DNA of 64,000 bases, taken from NCBI GenBank assembly GCA_030704615.1, contig CM060732.1:52948001-53012000 (forward strand), given 5' to 3'. This stretch comes from Takakia lepidozioides (Eukaryota; Plantae; Bryophyta). A model generated the notes under the pieces. That model was not told the DNA's origin. It saw only the letters and a program-made list of their open reading frames with translations, and did not search any database. How positions within the stretch are numbered: position 1 is the stretch's first letter; each line of letters opens with the position of its first letter. Shown here piece after piece: positions 26,481-38,351 of the stretch. Made by a program: the position numbers and the translations under genes.

Positions 26481-27189
26481 ACAAGTAACCGGTAGAGAAC
26501 CTGTGCGGCTTATGGTTTGGAATACTAAGTTCCTAACATAGCCTACACCTGTACCTGCATCCACGCAAGCACTCTATGGTTGGCTGGTCATCACCTCCAA
26601 CCTCACCACAGGAGAAACAATGATGGTTCTGGCTGGTCATCACCCCAGCCTCACCATCGACAGCATGCTCTAGGACTGGCCGGTGATCAAATCCGGACCA
26701 ATCACCTATAAAAAACAAGCGCCCACACAAAACTAGCATGGCGTACAGTCAAAGCATGCAGGTATGGAGGGGATCCAAACACAAGCAATCCGGAACGACA
26801 ACTCCCCCACACAAAAACAACTCCACGGTGTTTGCTACTGCAAAGGACACCCAGCCCAAACCGGACTGACTCTTGCCTCCACCTACGGAAAGTCTTGGCC
26901 TAATGAGAGGGTGAAACTCGAGGAAGAGAAGCTAAAGCAAGCCTAACCCCAGCATGCTCTCATACCCAACACTTGCCTCTCCTCTCTATCCTTCACTTGC
27001 ATGACCATGGAATTCATGAAGATACTCCTCAAAACGCCCTCCACGAGCTTCAAAATTCGGGCCTTCAGACCACATGCCAGTCCTTAGGCAGTCCCACCAG
27101 TGCCTCCACGAGTCAGCACAGGCCGTCCACAGGTCAACACGGGCCACCACAGACCAGCACAGGCCCACACAGCTCACTGGTCAGGCCGT

Positions 27190-28510
27190 CACAGTCCCAC
27201 AGGCCACGGGGACAGCCTGTCCAGCCCCTCACAGCCTGTCACAGCTCAAAGGCCTCAGGCACGGCCTGTCACAGCCCCTCACAGCCCCTCACAGCCTCAA
27301 AGGCCTCAGGGCACGGGCCTGTCACAGCCCCTCCAGCCAGTCACAGCCCCAAAGGCCATGGGCACGGCCTGTCACAGCCCCTCACAGCCCGTCACAGCCC
27401 CAAAGGCCTCAGGCACGGCCTGTCACAGCCCCTCACAGCCCAAAGGCCATGGGCACGGCCTGTCACAGCCCCTCACAGCCCGTCACAGCCCCAAAGGCCA
27501 TGGGCACGGCCTGTCACAGCCCCTCACAGCCCGTCACAGGCCTCACAGGGCACAGGGCACAGGGCACAGCTTGTCACAAGCCCATCACAGCCATCACAGC
27601 CTGTCACAGCTTGCCACAGCCATCACAGCCGTCACAGCCTAAGGCCTAGGGCACGGCCTGTCACAGCCCCTCACAGCCCTCACAGCCTCAAAGGCCTCAG
27701 GCACGGCCTGTCACAGCCCCTCACAGCCCGTCACAACCCCAAAGGCCATGGGCACGGCCTGTCACAGCCCCTCACAGCCCGTCACAGCCTCAAAGGCCTC
27801 AGGCCCGGCCTGTCACAGCCCCTCACAGCCCCTCACAGCCCCAAAGGCCATGGGCACAGCCTGTCACAAGCTCGCCACAGCCTGTCACAGCCCGTCACAG
27901 CCCCATAGGCCTCAGGGCACAGCCTGTCACAGCCCCGCACAGCCCGTCACAGCCCCAAAGGCCACTGGGCACAGCCTGTCACAGACGACAAGCCGTCACG
28001 CACCACAGGCACAGGGGCACAGCCTTGTCACAGCCCATCACAGCCCATCACAGCCGGTCACAGCTTGCCACACCCACAGGGCACAGGGCACAGCCCGTCA
28101 CAGCCCGTCACAGCTCATCGCCAGGCCTGACACAGCCAGTCACGCCCCACAGGGCACAGGCACAGCCTGTCACAGCCCCTCACAGCCCCAAAGGCCACTG
28201 GGCACAGCCTATCACAGCCTGACACAGCCCGTCACAGCCCCACAGGGCACAGGGCAAGCCTGTTCACAGCCCATCACAGCCCATCACAGCCTGTCACAGC
28301 CCGTCACGCCCCACAGGCCACTGGGCACAGCCTGTCACAGCCCGTCACAGCCCCACAGGCCTCAGGGCACAGCCTGTCACAGCCCCCGCACAGCCCGTCA
28401 CAGCCCCAAAGGCCACTGGGCACAGCTTGTCACAGCCTGACACAGCCCATCACAGCCTGTCACAGCTGCCACAGCCGTCACAGCTTGCCACAGCCTGTCA
28501 CAGCCCCAAC
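27190..28510 (+). repeat. Low-complexity (TCACAGCC)n-derived minisatellite
   Basis: Dense CACAGCC units arranged in ~50-60 bp blocks; related tracts occur at 44950-45040 (reverse complement) and 48090-48330. Confidence 0.9.
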
Positions 28511-30359
28511 ACATGGCCGCTCTGGCAGTTTAGCCATTTCTCCAAGGGGTTTAGCCACGCCAAGCTAGGGTTTGTGTCTCTTAGACTCTAGGCTTCTTTC
28601 CACGAGCTAGGTGGCTGTGAGGAAATCAGCAAGGTATCCTTGCTCTTTCGGCTCCCACACACCACCATAGTAGCCCTAAGCCATGAGGTGGTTGCCACAA
28701 ACCAAGCCTTCTTCTCACTTAGCCTCCCAAACACGCCACTAAACTCAATGGCAAACAACCAAGCCATGCTGGTTCCCAGCCCTTGTGAGCACTCATTCAA
28801 GCACTCCCCTCATTGGCCATAGCATCTGTCTTAGAGCCTATTCCAGCCCTCTACACCTGTTGCTTCAAGAGTTGCGCTCCCTTCAAGCTTGAAGTTGAAA
28901 CCCCAACTCACATAGGCCCTACAAGTGCTGTTCTTTCACTCAAAGTGGAAACCAGCCCTAGACCTTCCGTTCTAGCTCTCTAAGGCTTGAAAACAAGAGC
29001 CTCAATGGGCTGAAGGCAGCTCCACACATGCCCCACTCTCACCATAAGAGAATCAGCTCCTTTGCTTCATTTCTTGCACCCACAAACCTGATATACAAGC
29101 TTCAGCAGGCTGAAAGCATGCTCTACATGCCCTACAGGGAAACCAGCCCCTTCCTTCCTTTCTTGCACTCCACACCTAAAAGTGCAAGCCTTCACCAGGC
29201 TGATAGCATGCTCCACACATACATTGCCCTCACATAAGGGAAGTCAGCCCTTCCCTCTTCCTTGCTTGCCCTCCAAGCTTGAAGATGGAAGCTTCAATGA
29301 GCTGAATACATGCTCCACACATGCAACCTCTTCACACAAGAGATATCAGCCCCCTATCTTGGCTCCTTGGCTCCTTGATGCTCTCTATGACAAGACTAAG
29401 CACTCCATAGCCTTTGCCAAGCTCCTGAAACCCTAAGGCTTACATTTCCAGCCACAAGACACTTCTCTTGTGGTGCAAGAACTCTTCTTCCAAGCTCTGA
29501 AACCCTAGGTGCACATTCCATGGCCTTGCCGCACCTCTTAGCTCCTGATCCAGCCCTACTCTTGCCATGACAAGAGCCCTCTCATGCTGAAGCTCGAGAT
29601 TGAAACCCAATCTCACCATACTCCCACAAAGTGCACTGATTTGCCCCAGCAAAATCAGCCCTTTCGCTTGGTCTTGCAATCCTTCACACAATGAAAGCTC
29701 GCATTCCTAAGTCCAGTTCTCAGCTTTGCCACCAAAGCCACTATAACCTGCTCTTGACTGGTCCTCTTCCAATCGTGCTTGCTCATGCATGTACACAATC
29801 TGGAACCATCAATGCTCTGGAATTACCTGCAGCATGGTGCTTTCATCTCTGAAGCTGAAGATCGAATGCCAAGGTTTACCACCTCGTAACCCACATCGCC
29901 TCCGCTTCTAACAACTAAGAGCTCCACGGTGCTCCTTGCATAACAACTTGGTTTCTCTCATTCTCAAGCAAAAACACAAAGTGCTACAACTAACTCGTAT
30001 CTAGCACTCATAGATACGAGCTCATCTTTCTCGAGTGATAAAGAAGAAGAATACAAGCACGAGCTCATGCGAGCTCACAAAGCTGAAGCATAAACTCATG
30101 CATATATAACCTCATCACTCAAATACAAGTCAGCCAAGTGCACCCCACGCCATGGGGAATCCACACTACGGCGCCATAGCTAGGCGCGGTGAGGCTCAAC
30201 TCGAGAAAGAAAGATGAGCCTCCCGCGCTTGCCGTGAAGATAACCACTCCAGGGCCTAAATCTGCTTTGACCCCTGGATTGACACTTGGGGCCAATCCCA
30301 AATGTCAATATGTAAAAGCTAGCTATTTCCTAGCTAGTTTCACACTAGTGGTAAAATAA

Positions 30360-31717
30360 CTTGACAGTGTTGAGGGGCACAAATTGTCTTTTCATCAATT
30401 CCTTGAACCCACTCCAGTTTAAGGTTTCCGTGCTTGGACCTCGGTCGTGAAGGCGTTTCTGCCACCATTGTTGAGCATAGCCCCTCAAATACGTGGGAGC
30501 CACTTCCACCCGATCCTCGTCACTCAAACCTGGCCGCCCGGAGTATTGCTCTAGCTCCAGGAGCCAGGTGGTGTTGAGTGCTTCCGATTTCGGACGCCCT
30601 CGAAGGTGCCGGGTTCCTTAGGCTTCACCTTAAACTTTGCCTTAGTAGAAGTGGCATTAGCCGCCTTCAGCACGTCTTTCAGCGTCCCGCCAAACTGCGC
30701 CAACAACCCTTCCCAAAAGGCTGCCGGCATGGGAGGCATCTGTTGGTCGGTCGGAGCTCTTAGGGATTCCTCGGGCTCCGACTCCTCGAATTCCTCCCGC
30801 TCTTGAGCGGCCTCGTTTTCGGAAACATGCATCGCTTCCTCAAACGGCCGCCTTGGTGACACGTCGCCCCCATCGGGCTCACCAGGATCATCATCTTTTG
30901 GGCCGTTCCGCTTTCGCTTTGGCTTGCCCGACCCCATGATAAGGCCAATCCCAAGGACGATCACGTACTGAACTCTAGGCTCTGATACCAAGTGTCGCGC
31001 ACCTCACTTTGGTAAGCTCCCCTTCAAGTCATAGTTGCTAGCTTGAGGCGCGTGCCTAACTCCCAACCTGGCCGCCGGACCAACTTGGAGCTTCGGCTGC
31101 TCACCGGGGCATAACGGTCCCCCTTTGATCTTCCAAAGAACCCTCCACCGATTCGGAACCAGCAGGAATTCCCTTTGGTAGTTGGCAGTCCGGAACAGCT
31201 CCCCACTATTTGGTCGCTTTCCGGCTCGCTCGCTTACTCACTAGTTTTTGGTCACCAACGGGTTGCACCGTCTCGGGGTTACTACTCCCTATATATACTT
31301 CTGTAGCTGTCCGTGGGGGTTTCACAACCAGCCATGCCATTTTATGGCGAACCACCACGAAAACCCTCGACTCCCGGTGATGAGTCGCGGTGAGTCTTGG
31401 CCCACTCACCACGGCCCCTATGGACCGTGATGAGTCCCAAGACTCCCCACGACTCCCACCACGAGGTCTCCGCCCCCATGGTGAGTCATATGCCACCCCC
31501 ACTAAGTCCCGCTAAGCTACCACCACCCCTTGTGGAGCCACCCCTACCGCAACCCGGTGTGCGGGGCTCCACCTAGTGAGCGCCTCCGCCTCCTTGAGTG
31601 CCTTGGGCACTCAAGGGTGCTTCAGCCCCCCCATACCTATCGTTGCCGCTGCCCCCACCACAGGGGCAGCCCCTCATGTGTCCCGACCCCCTGCCCTCAA
31701 GGCAAAGGGCCGCGACA
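30360..31717 (-). mobile_element. Inverted truncated copy of the same gypsy family (LTR 30993-31717, PBS, 5' gag)
   Basis: Reverse complement of the LTR, TGGTATCAGAGC PBS at 30979-30990, and gag near-identical to 12441-13007. Confidence 0.92.
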
Positions 31718-31729
31718 GATAGTCTCTTA

Positions 31730-33001
31730 AGATAATGCCATGATGGTCCGCTTGCGGGCCACGGCGGAACCAAGCGCACCGCGGCACTCTTGAGAAAGAG
31801 TATTTCTAGCCCAAACTGAGGGAGGAAGCCGAGGAGTATGTCAAGACATGCACCACATGCCAACAAAACCGGAGCGAGTACAAAAAGCAAGCGGGGCTGT
31901 TACAACCGATTCCAGAGGGGTCTTGGGAAAGTGTCTCGATGGATTTCATGACTGCTATGCCGCTGTCAAAAGGATGCAATCATGGTGGTGGTGGATAGGT
32001 TCACTACAATGGGCCATTTCATCCCCACCAAGGAGACGGCAACGACGCAGGAGACGGGGCGACTTAACTTCGCCCACGTCTTCAAGCATCATGGACTCCC
32101 GAAGGATATTGTCTCAGACCGCGATCCAAAGTTTACAAGTAAGTTTTGGAGGACACTTTGGAAGAAAATTGGGACGAGGCTCAAAATGAGCACCGCCTTC
32201 CGACCTACGATGGACGGCCAAACGGAAAGGGTGAATTCTGTGGTGAAGCATATCTTGCGGAATTACGTGTCGGCAGACCAATCGGACTGGGTGGAGCACT
32301 TGGATGCGGCAGAGTTCTGTTATAATAACACAAAATATTCCGCAACGGGAGTTTTCCCCTTCGTATTGGTTTATGGAAAAGCACCTTTGGTGCTGACAAG
32401 TTGGGCCACCCAAGACATTGAGGAACCGGCAGTAGCGGCAGTGCTGGAAGAACGCGAGCGTTTGTTGAAGCTCGCAAAGTACAACATTGCCAAAGCTAGG
32501 AAACGGTATGAACGGCAGGCGAATCGGAAGCGGAGGGAGGTTAAGTTTGAGGCAGGCACGGAGGTCTGGTTGAACATCAAGAATTTTCGACTACCCCCGG
32601 AAGTGAGTCCGAAGTTCGTACCTTCGTATGCGGGACCCTTTCGCATCCGGAAGGTTATGAATGAGGATGTGTATGAATTGGAGCTGCCAGCAAACAGCAA
32701 GGTGCATCCGGTATTCCACGTCTCCCTTTTGAAGCCTTATTTCAAGGATGAAGCACGTCCGAATTGGCCTCAAGTGTTGCGTCCACCACCTGTGGTGTTG
32801 GATCATGAAAATGAACCTAAGTACGAGGTGGAGGCAGTGCTTAAGTCGAGGAGGTTCAAGAATCGAGAAATGGAGTATCTCGTGAAATGGAAGGGCTATC
32901 ATCATGTGGAGGCATCTTGGGTGCGTGCCTCAGAAATGGGGAACGCATCCGAGGCGATTGCAGCTTTCGAAGGGCGACCTCAAAAGCGGAAGAAGCGTTG
33001 A
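31730..33001 (+). pseudogene. Gypsy integrase with GPF motif and C-terminal chromodomain
   Basis: HHCC region (YVKTCTTCQQ), VVVDRFT, IVSDRDPKFTS, DGQTERVN, YAGPFRI, HPVFHVSLLKP, chromodomain YEVEAVL...YLVKWKGY...ASW. Confidence 0.92.
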
Positions 33002-33489
33002 TGGGGACATCAACCTTGGAGCGTGGAAGAGGAAATGTATGCTTAGCCCGGCTTAGCTAGCTCAGGAATCCGATTGCAAAAACTTGTATTGTACAAATTT
33101 TGTTATAAATGAAATGGTTTCCAAATGTTATGCATCCTATTTTGTTTGGAATGGTGATGCATGGTATGGTTGGCTAGTGTGTAGAATGCATGCTAAGCTT
33201 ACAAATTGGGAGAGATAAATTGGATTAATCGTGTGTTTGTGTAGTGCCGAAATCGGGTGACTCCCACCCAAGGGGCAAGGAAACTTGCACCTTCGTTGGG
33301 AGTTCAGTGCTAGTTGCGCACTGGCTGGCCATGCGCGTACTATAATTGCGCTACCGAGGGGGTTGTCTTGTAGTGCGGGCTAACAGAAGAAGTACGTGCT
33401 TCCGTTCATGTACTATAATCGTGTAGCCTCGGGATGAAGTCGTAGTGCGGCTTCGGCGTGTTCCCGTACCTCACGCCAGCATTCCAAGG

Positions 33490-33890
33490 CAGACCCATTT
33501 CTGAATGGTTCCGTAGGCATTGTAGGATGCAAGGCCATCCTTCCAGATCTCTGCAAAGGTCCTAGCCTCTGACATTCATCACACTTCTGACAATACTCGT
33601 GTACATCTTTGAACAAAGTAGGCCACCAGTATCCTGCGAGTAGTATCTTCCTACTGGTAGTCTCTTCTCCAAATGACCTCCAGCCCACTCTTTATGAACT
33701 TCCGCCAAACTTTATTTACTTCATGGTGGTACAAGCATCGTTTTAGTACTCCATCAGGTCCTAACTTATACATTCTGCTTCCTACCATAGTATAAGGTAA
33801 AGCTTTGATAACGATTCTCTTCCTCTGCTCCTTACCATAACTAGGTGGGCACTGACCATGAGCATGGTTCAAGGTTATCTTCCTAGTCAA
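33490..33890 (-). pseudogene. Integrase zinc-binding fragment of a non-chromovirus (Tat/Athila-like) gypsy element
   Basis: DGVLKRCL...KILLAGYWWPTLFKDVHEYCQKCDECQR...PTEPF. Confidence 0.8.
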
Positions 33891-34250
33891 AAAGGGTTCA
33901 AGGCGAACCCTTGCTCAAGGTGATGCCAAAAGCGACATCACGAGCGGTCACAAGCAAATGTTGTTGCAGTAAGACGATTCGATCCTCGAGGAGGATCGTT
34001 CCTTGGCCCTGAAGTGGGTCAAGAAGAGTGCACTGGGAGGAGCTTGAGAGGCTCCACCCTTGGCCGGGACTTGGAGGAAGTCGGCCGAACTAGCTAGTGG
34101 AGAGTAGAGTCAAGTGGGGGTTTGGTTCTTACCATGGGACGCCATGGTACGGAAACAAACTCCTTGATGTGGGACGCCACAACTTGGATGTTCGTTTCTA
34201 CAAAATAGACAAGTCAATGAAGACATCGACTCCCTGTTGGTAGGGGTGTG

Positions 34251-34977
34251 TGTCGCGGCCCTTCGCCTTGAGGGCAGGGGGTCGGGACACGAGAGGGGCT
34301 GCCCCTATGGTGGGGGCAGTGGCGACAATAAATGCGGGGGCTAAAGCACCCTTGAGTGCCCAAGACACTCAAGGAGGTGGAGGCGCTCAGTAGGTGGACC
34401 CCCGCACACCGGGTTGCGGTGGGGGTGGTTCCACGAGGGGTGGTGGTAGCTTAGTGGGACTTAGGTGGGGGTGGCATAGGACTCACCATGGGGGCGGAGA
34501 CCTTGTGGTGGGAGTCGTGGGGAGTCTTGGGACTCATCACGGTCCAATGGGGCCGTGGTGAGTGGGCCAAGACTCACCGCGACTCATCACCGGGAATTGA
34601 GGGTTTTCGTGGTGGATCGCCATAAAATGACATGGTTGTTTGTGAAACCCCTGCGGACAGTCACAGAAGTATATATAGGGAGTAGTAACCCCGAGAACGG
34701 TGCAAGCCTGTTGGTGACCAAAAACTAGTGAGTAAGCGTGCGAGCCGGAAAGCGATCAAGGTGTGGGGAGCTATTCCGGACTGCCATCGACCAAAGGGAA
34801 TTTCCACTAGGCCCAAATTGGGAGAGGGTCTTGTGGAGGAGTAAAGGGGGACCGTTATGTCGCGGTGAGCAGCCGAAGCTCCGAGTTGGCCCGGCGGCCA
34901 GTTAGGGAGTTAGGCGCGCGCATTAGAGCGAGTAATTATGACTTGAAGGGGAGCTTACCGAAGTGAGGTGCGCGACA
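34251..34977 (+). repeat. 3' LTR
   Basis: Near-identical to 11659-12385, preceded by a G-rich tract and followed by TSD TATTC. Confidence 0.95.
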
Positions 34978-35005
34978 TATTCCGACCTCTGCACTGCAAT
35001 TTGCA

Positions 35006-38000
35006 TTGCCCCAGTTGTCCAATGGATCGTACTGCGGACATAGCAAAATTCTACTGTGTGTACAGTCGTCAGGCCCCTCTGCAAAGTCGCGGGGGAAAGG
35101 TCTCGTTGTTGTGCAGAAGGACGTGCTCTGTAGAAGCTTGGAACTTGAAGTTGGAACTGTTCATGTTGAAAGAGAAGTGTACGATGATTCCGGCAAGGTT
35201 GACAACATGTTGATACTAGAGCCAGATATTGTTGGAAGCCGTAGAGAATGGAGAGTTTTGGCGGGCAAGTACCGCGTGCATGGGGATCAAAGACGTTTGT
35301 ATGCTAGTTCCATCTTGACGCCCGGAACCACAGCTTCAGTGGCTCCTGCCTTCATACCTGTTCCTTAAAAAAAAAAAAACCAGCACTTCCACAACTTTCG
35401 TGGAACTCTCGGAAAGCTCTGATGAGGACATTTCGGAGATCCCTCCACCTCCTAACCCATGTGCTTATGTGGACCAAGATGTTCAAGAGATTGCCAGTGT
35501 CATTCCAAAGTTGCAGTCTCTAAAAGGCTTGCCTAATAGCAGGAGTGATGTGCGTGGGATTGCATGGGGGACCATTCGAATTAAAAGAGAAAAATGCCTG
35601 CCGGCGGAGTTTGATGGTGATGTCCTTTTCGAGTTACCCCCTCCAACCTTGTGTGGTGGTTTGGCTGGTTTGATGCAGGGTATGGACAAGAAACACGATG
35701 GACACCCTTGGTGCAGGACAAAAACTACCAACATACACAATCCTTATGGTTTGAAGTTTCGGAGATCAGTTTGCGTGGGGCATCTGAGATGTACAAATGC
35801 AGATTGCAATGGCCTAAGATTGAGTGGTTCCGCAAACAAAACAGAGTGGGAGGGCTGTGCAGATAATCCATTTGGAGTGGGATGTGCCCCTCCCAGTAGC
35901 ACTTCATTCATCTGTAGGTTCTGCAAATTGGTCCCAACATGCAAGGCTCGCATGTACTACGTGCTTCATCGTTGCCCCACCCTTTCTCGAGCTTGTATAC
36001 ATTTCGGGAATCACGATCACCCGGTGTGCAAAGGAGATTGCAGAGACAATATAGAAACCGTCTGAGGACTCCTGTAGCAGGAAGTCCACAATGCTCCGAA
36101 TGCTTCGCCTTCAGCCATCGCCCTTGCAGCAAGCAAGACGTTCTTACAAAGACATATTCTTGGGGAACCAGATGCCACCTCATCAAAGCTGGACTCCTCA
36201 AACCTGGAGGCTGTGATGGATCATTTCTCAACTTTAAGCAGTCTCAATGTCCAGAACCACATCAACGCACTACAAATGGGCCCGGGGAAGAGAGGTTTTG
36301 TTGACAGCATTCTGGACTTGAAGCGTAGAAGCAAATACGACTTCATTCAGGATAGTTTCTTCTCAGGCCAGGGATCCATGAAAGTGTACTTGTTCAAAAT
36401 GTCGACGGTGGGGGAAGGTAGTGGGGGGTTAGCCTGGTCCGAAGAATGCAGCCCGGAGGAGATCTGGAGAAATCGTGGCGGATGTTCGACCATGTCAAAC
36501 GTGTTTAGGACTGGACAACCATGGCTTCTCATGTGTACAATCCAACTTACCAAAGAGTCATGACTATAGCAGTTTGCGACATGCAATCCGAGGATACTGA
36601 ATCTCAAATTCTGATGTGGAAGTCTCTTGTCAACGTGATGACATTGAATGGTGTGCCTGATCCAAACTTCAATGGATTCATGGCTAACAGCGCAAAGACA
36701 AACTGGAATGCAGTGAGGTGTGTGTTTGGTTCTGGAGACCCCAAAACCCCTATGGAAGGTAGGTGAGCATGACGCAAACTCACTGTATCAAACTATCCGA
36801 ACATGGTGGTATTCCTCGGATGCAGCAAGCCAAGAAGGTCTCAAAGAGCTTGACGACTGGTTTGGGTTTTGGCATTTCCGGTACAGGCAATGGGGGGGGT
36901 TTCATGACAACAGTAAGTTCTGGGACTCTAAGGGTTTTTTTTTCTTCACTTGTCAGGAAAGATTGATTCATTTGATGCCTGCTGTTGCCCACTACAACTG
37001 CACTTCAAACAAGAAAACTCACTGGAAAAGCTCATTGCTTGCAGAATATGACGCTGGAGGAAATTGCGGATATGCCCTCCTGCAATCTTTCGAAGACAGT
37101 GCACAGTGTTTGGATGAAGCAATCCGGGAAGAACGGACTGGATCTGTACGATGCAACGTTTGATGACATGGTCCGCGCGCTATCGCAACAAACACGGTAC
37201 CAAAATTTCCTTCGGGGACGGGGTGCAGACAAGGGGCCAGACAAGGCAGAGTTGCTGCTCAGGTCTGCAAACAGATTAAAAGATCCTACTAAGATGGCAC
37301 GGGCTGTGAACAAGTGCACAATGGGAACACCATTGCAGTCACGGCATGCACATCTGGAAGGAGAGGAGAGGTTTGGTCCGTGCAAACAAAAACTTGACAC
37401 CCCACCAAGCTCGTTTGCAAATTCGATCGGGACAACTTCGCGGTACCACGTGTGCCTGTGCCCCCCACTTTTGTGGGTGCCACCCCCTTTGTGGGGGAGT
37501 CTTCTTCGCCTTCGTTCCCTCAGGAGGCTCCAACCAGCACAGTCCCCGGGGAAGGGGAGAACATGCTGCCGGTAGAGGAGTCAGACTGTACAGACGCAAT
37601 GTGGCATATAGAACGGACTCCCCATGGATCAAAAGTCAAATGTGCCACTATTAGGGTACCCTCGTTCCAGAAGTGCAAGTCCCAAATTTCCAAAGGGACT
37701 TGCGGAACTCCTGCCCCGACATTCACTAGGTTGTTCAAGCATTACCAGTCACGGGAGTCTAGGCCTCACAAGTTTTGGTTCTGTCCGGATGACATTGTGC
37801 GTTGTGTCATGGGGATTGTTCGGGAATCTGGGATAATGAAGCCTCAAATTCCAGCCGTGCGGCCAGTTAAGTTAGGAACCGCACTCTCCAAACTGGAAAT
37901 TGACATGCTAGAGGAGGCCGGGTTTTGCCTTCCAAGAGCCCCTTCTGTCGTAACACCGATGGCGGTATGTCAGGTTGAGGCTGGTGCAGACAATGAGTGC

Positions 38001-38351
38001 AAGATGGAATCTGCTAGAACCCTGCAGAGTCGCGTCACCCAAATTGTGAATGTTCCCTTGCCAGGGTATGGGCGGGTGTACACCATGGCGACTTCTGGAT
38101 CTGTTGTTCATGACAGGACCTATGAGATTACTATTGGCAATTTCCCTAACTGCACTTGTCCAGACTTTCAGAACAAGCTCTCAAGCTCTCTTGGGAAGAG
38201 AGTGAAATTTGTCCCGTGTAAACATCTTTACTACATCTACATTCGGAGGATGTTTTGGAATCCTAAACGAGACACGTACATTCACCAATGTACGATAGGA
38301 CCCAGTGATGTTCATACACTGCTACAGAGAGATACTTCGGGTATAGATTGA
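35006..38351 (+). pseudogene. GCM-like + DDE + SWIM Mutator-like transposase, decayed (element 1)
   Basis: WCRTKTTNIHNPYGLKFRRSVCVGHLRCTNADC..CRFCK..HFGNHDHP; FDHVKRV; MTIAVCDMQSED; the CxxH segment is deleted; SWIM NCTCPDF..PCKHLYY. Confidence 0.8.

Larger units (their letters stand above)
11659..34977 (+). mobile_element. Ty3/gypsy (chromovirus-like) LTR retrotransposon with nested insertions
   Basis: Near-identical 727-bp LTRs (TGTCGCGG...GCGCGACA) at 11659-12385 and 34251-34977; 5-bp TSD TATTC at 11654-11658 and 34978-34982; PBS and gag-pol follow the first LTR. Confidence 0.9.

Noticed and set aside
26973-28440. Long Pro/Ser/Thr/His-rich ORFs (extensin-like)
   Set aside because: They are open in several frames only because the CACAGCC repeat lacks stop codons.
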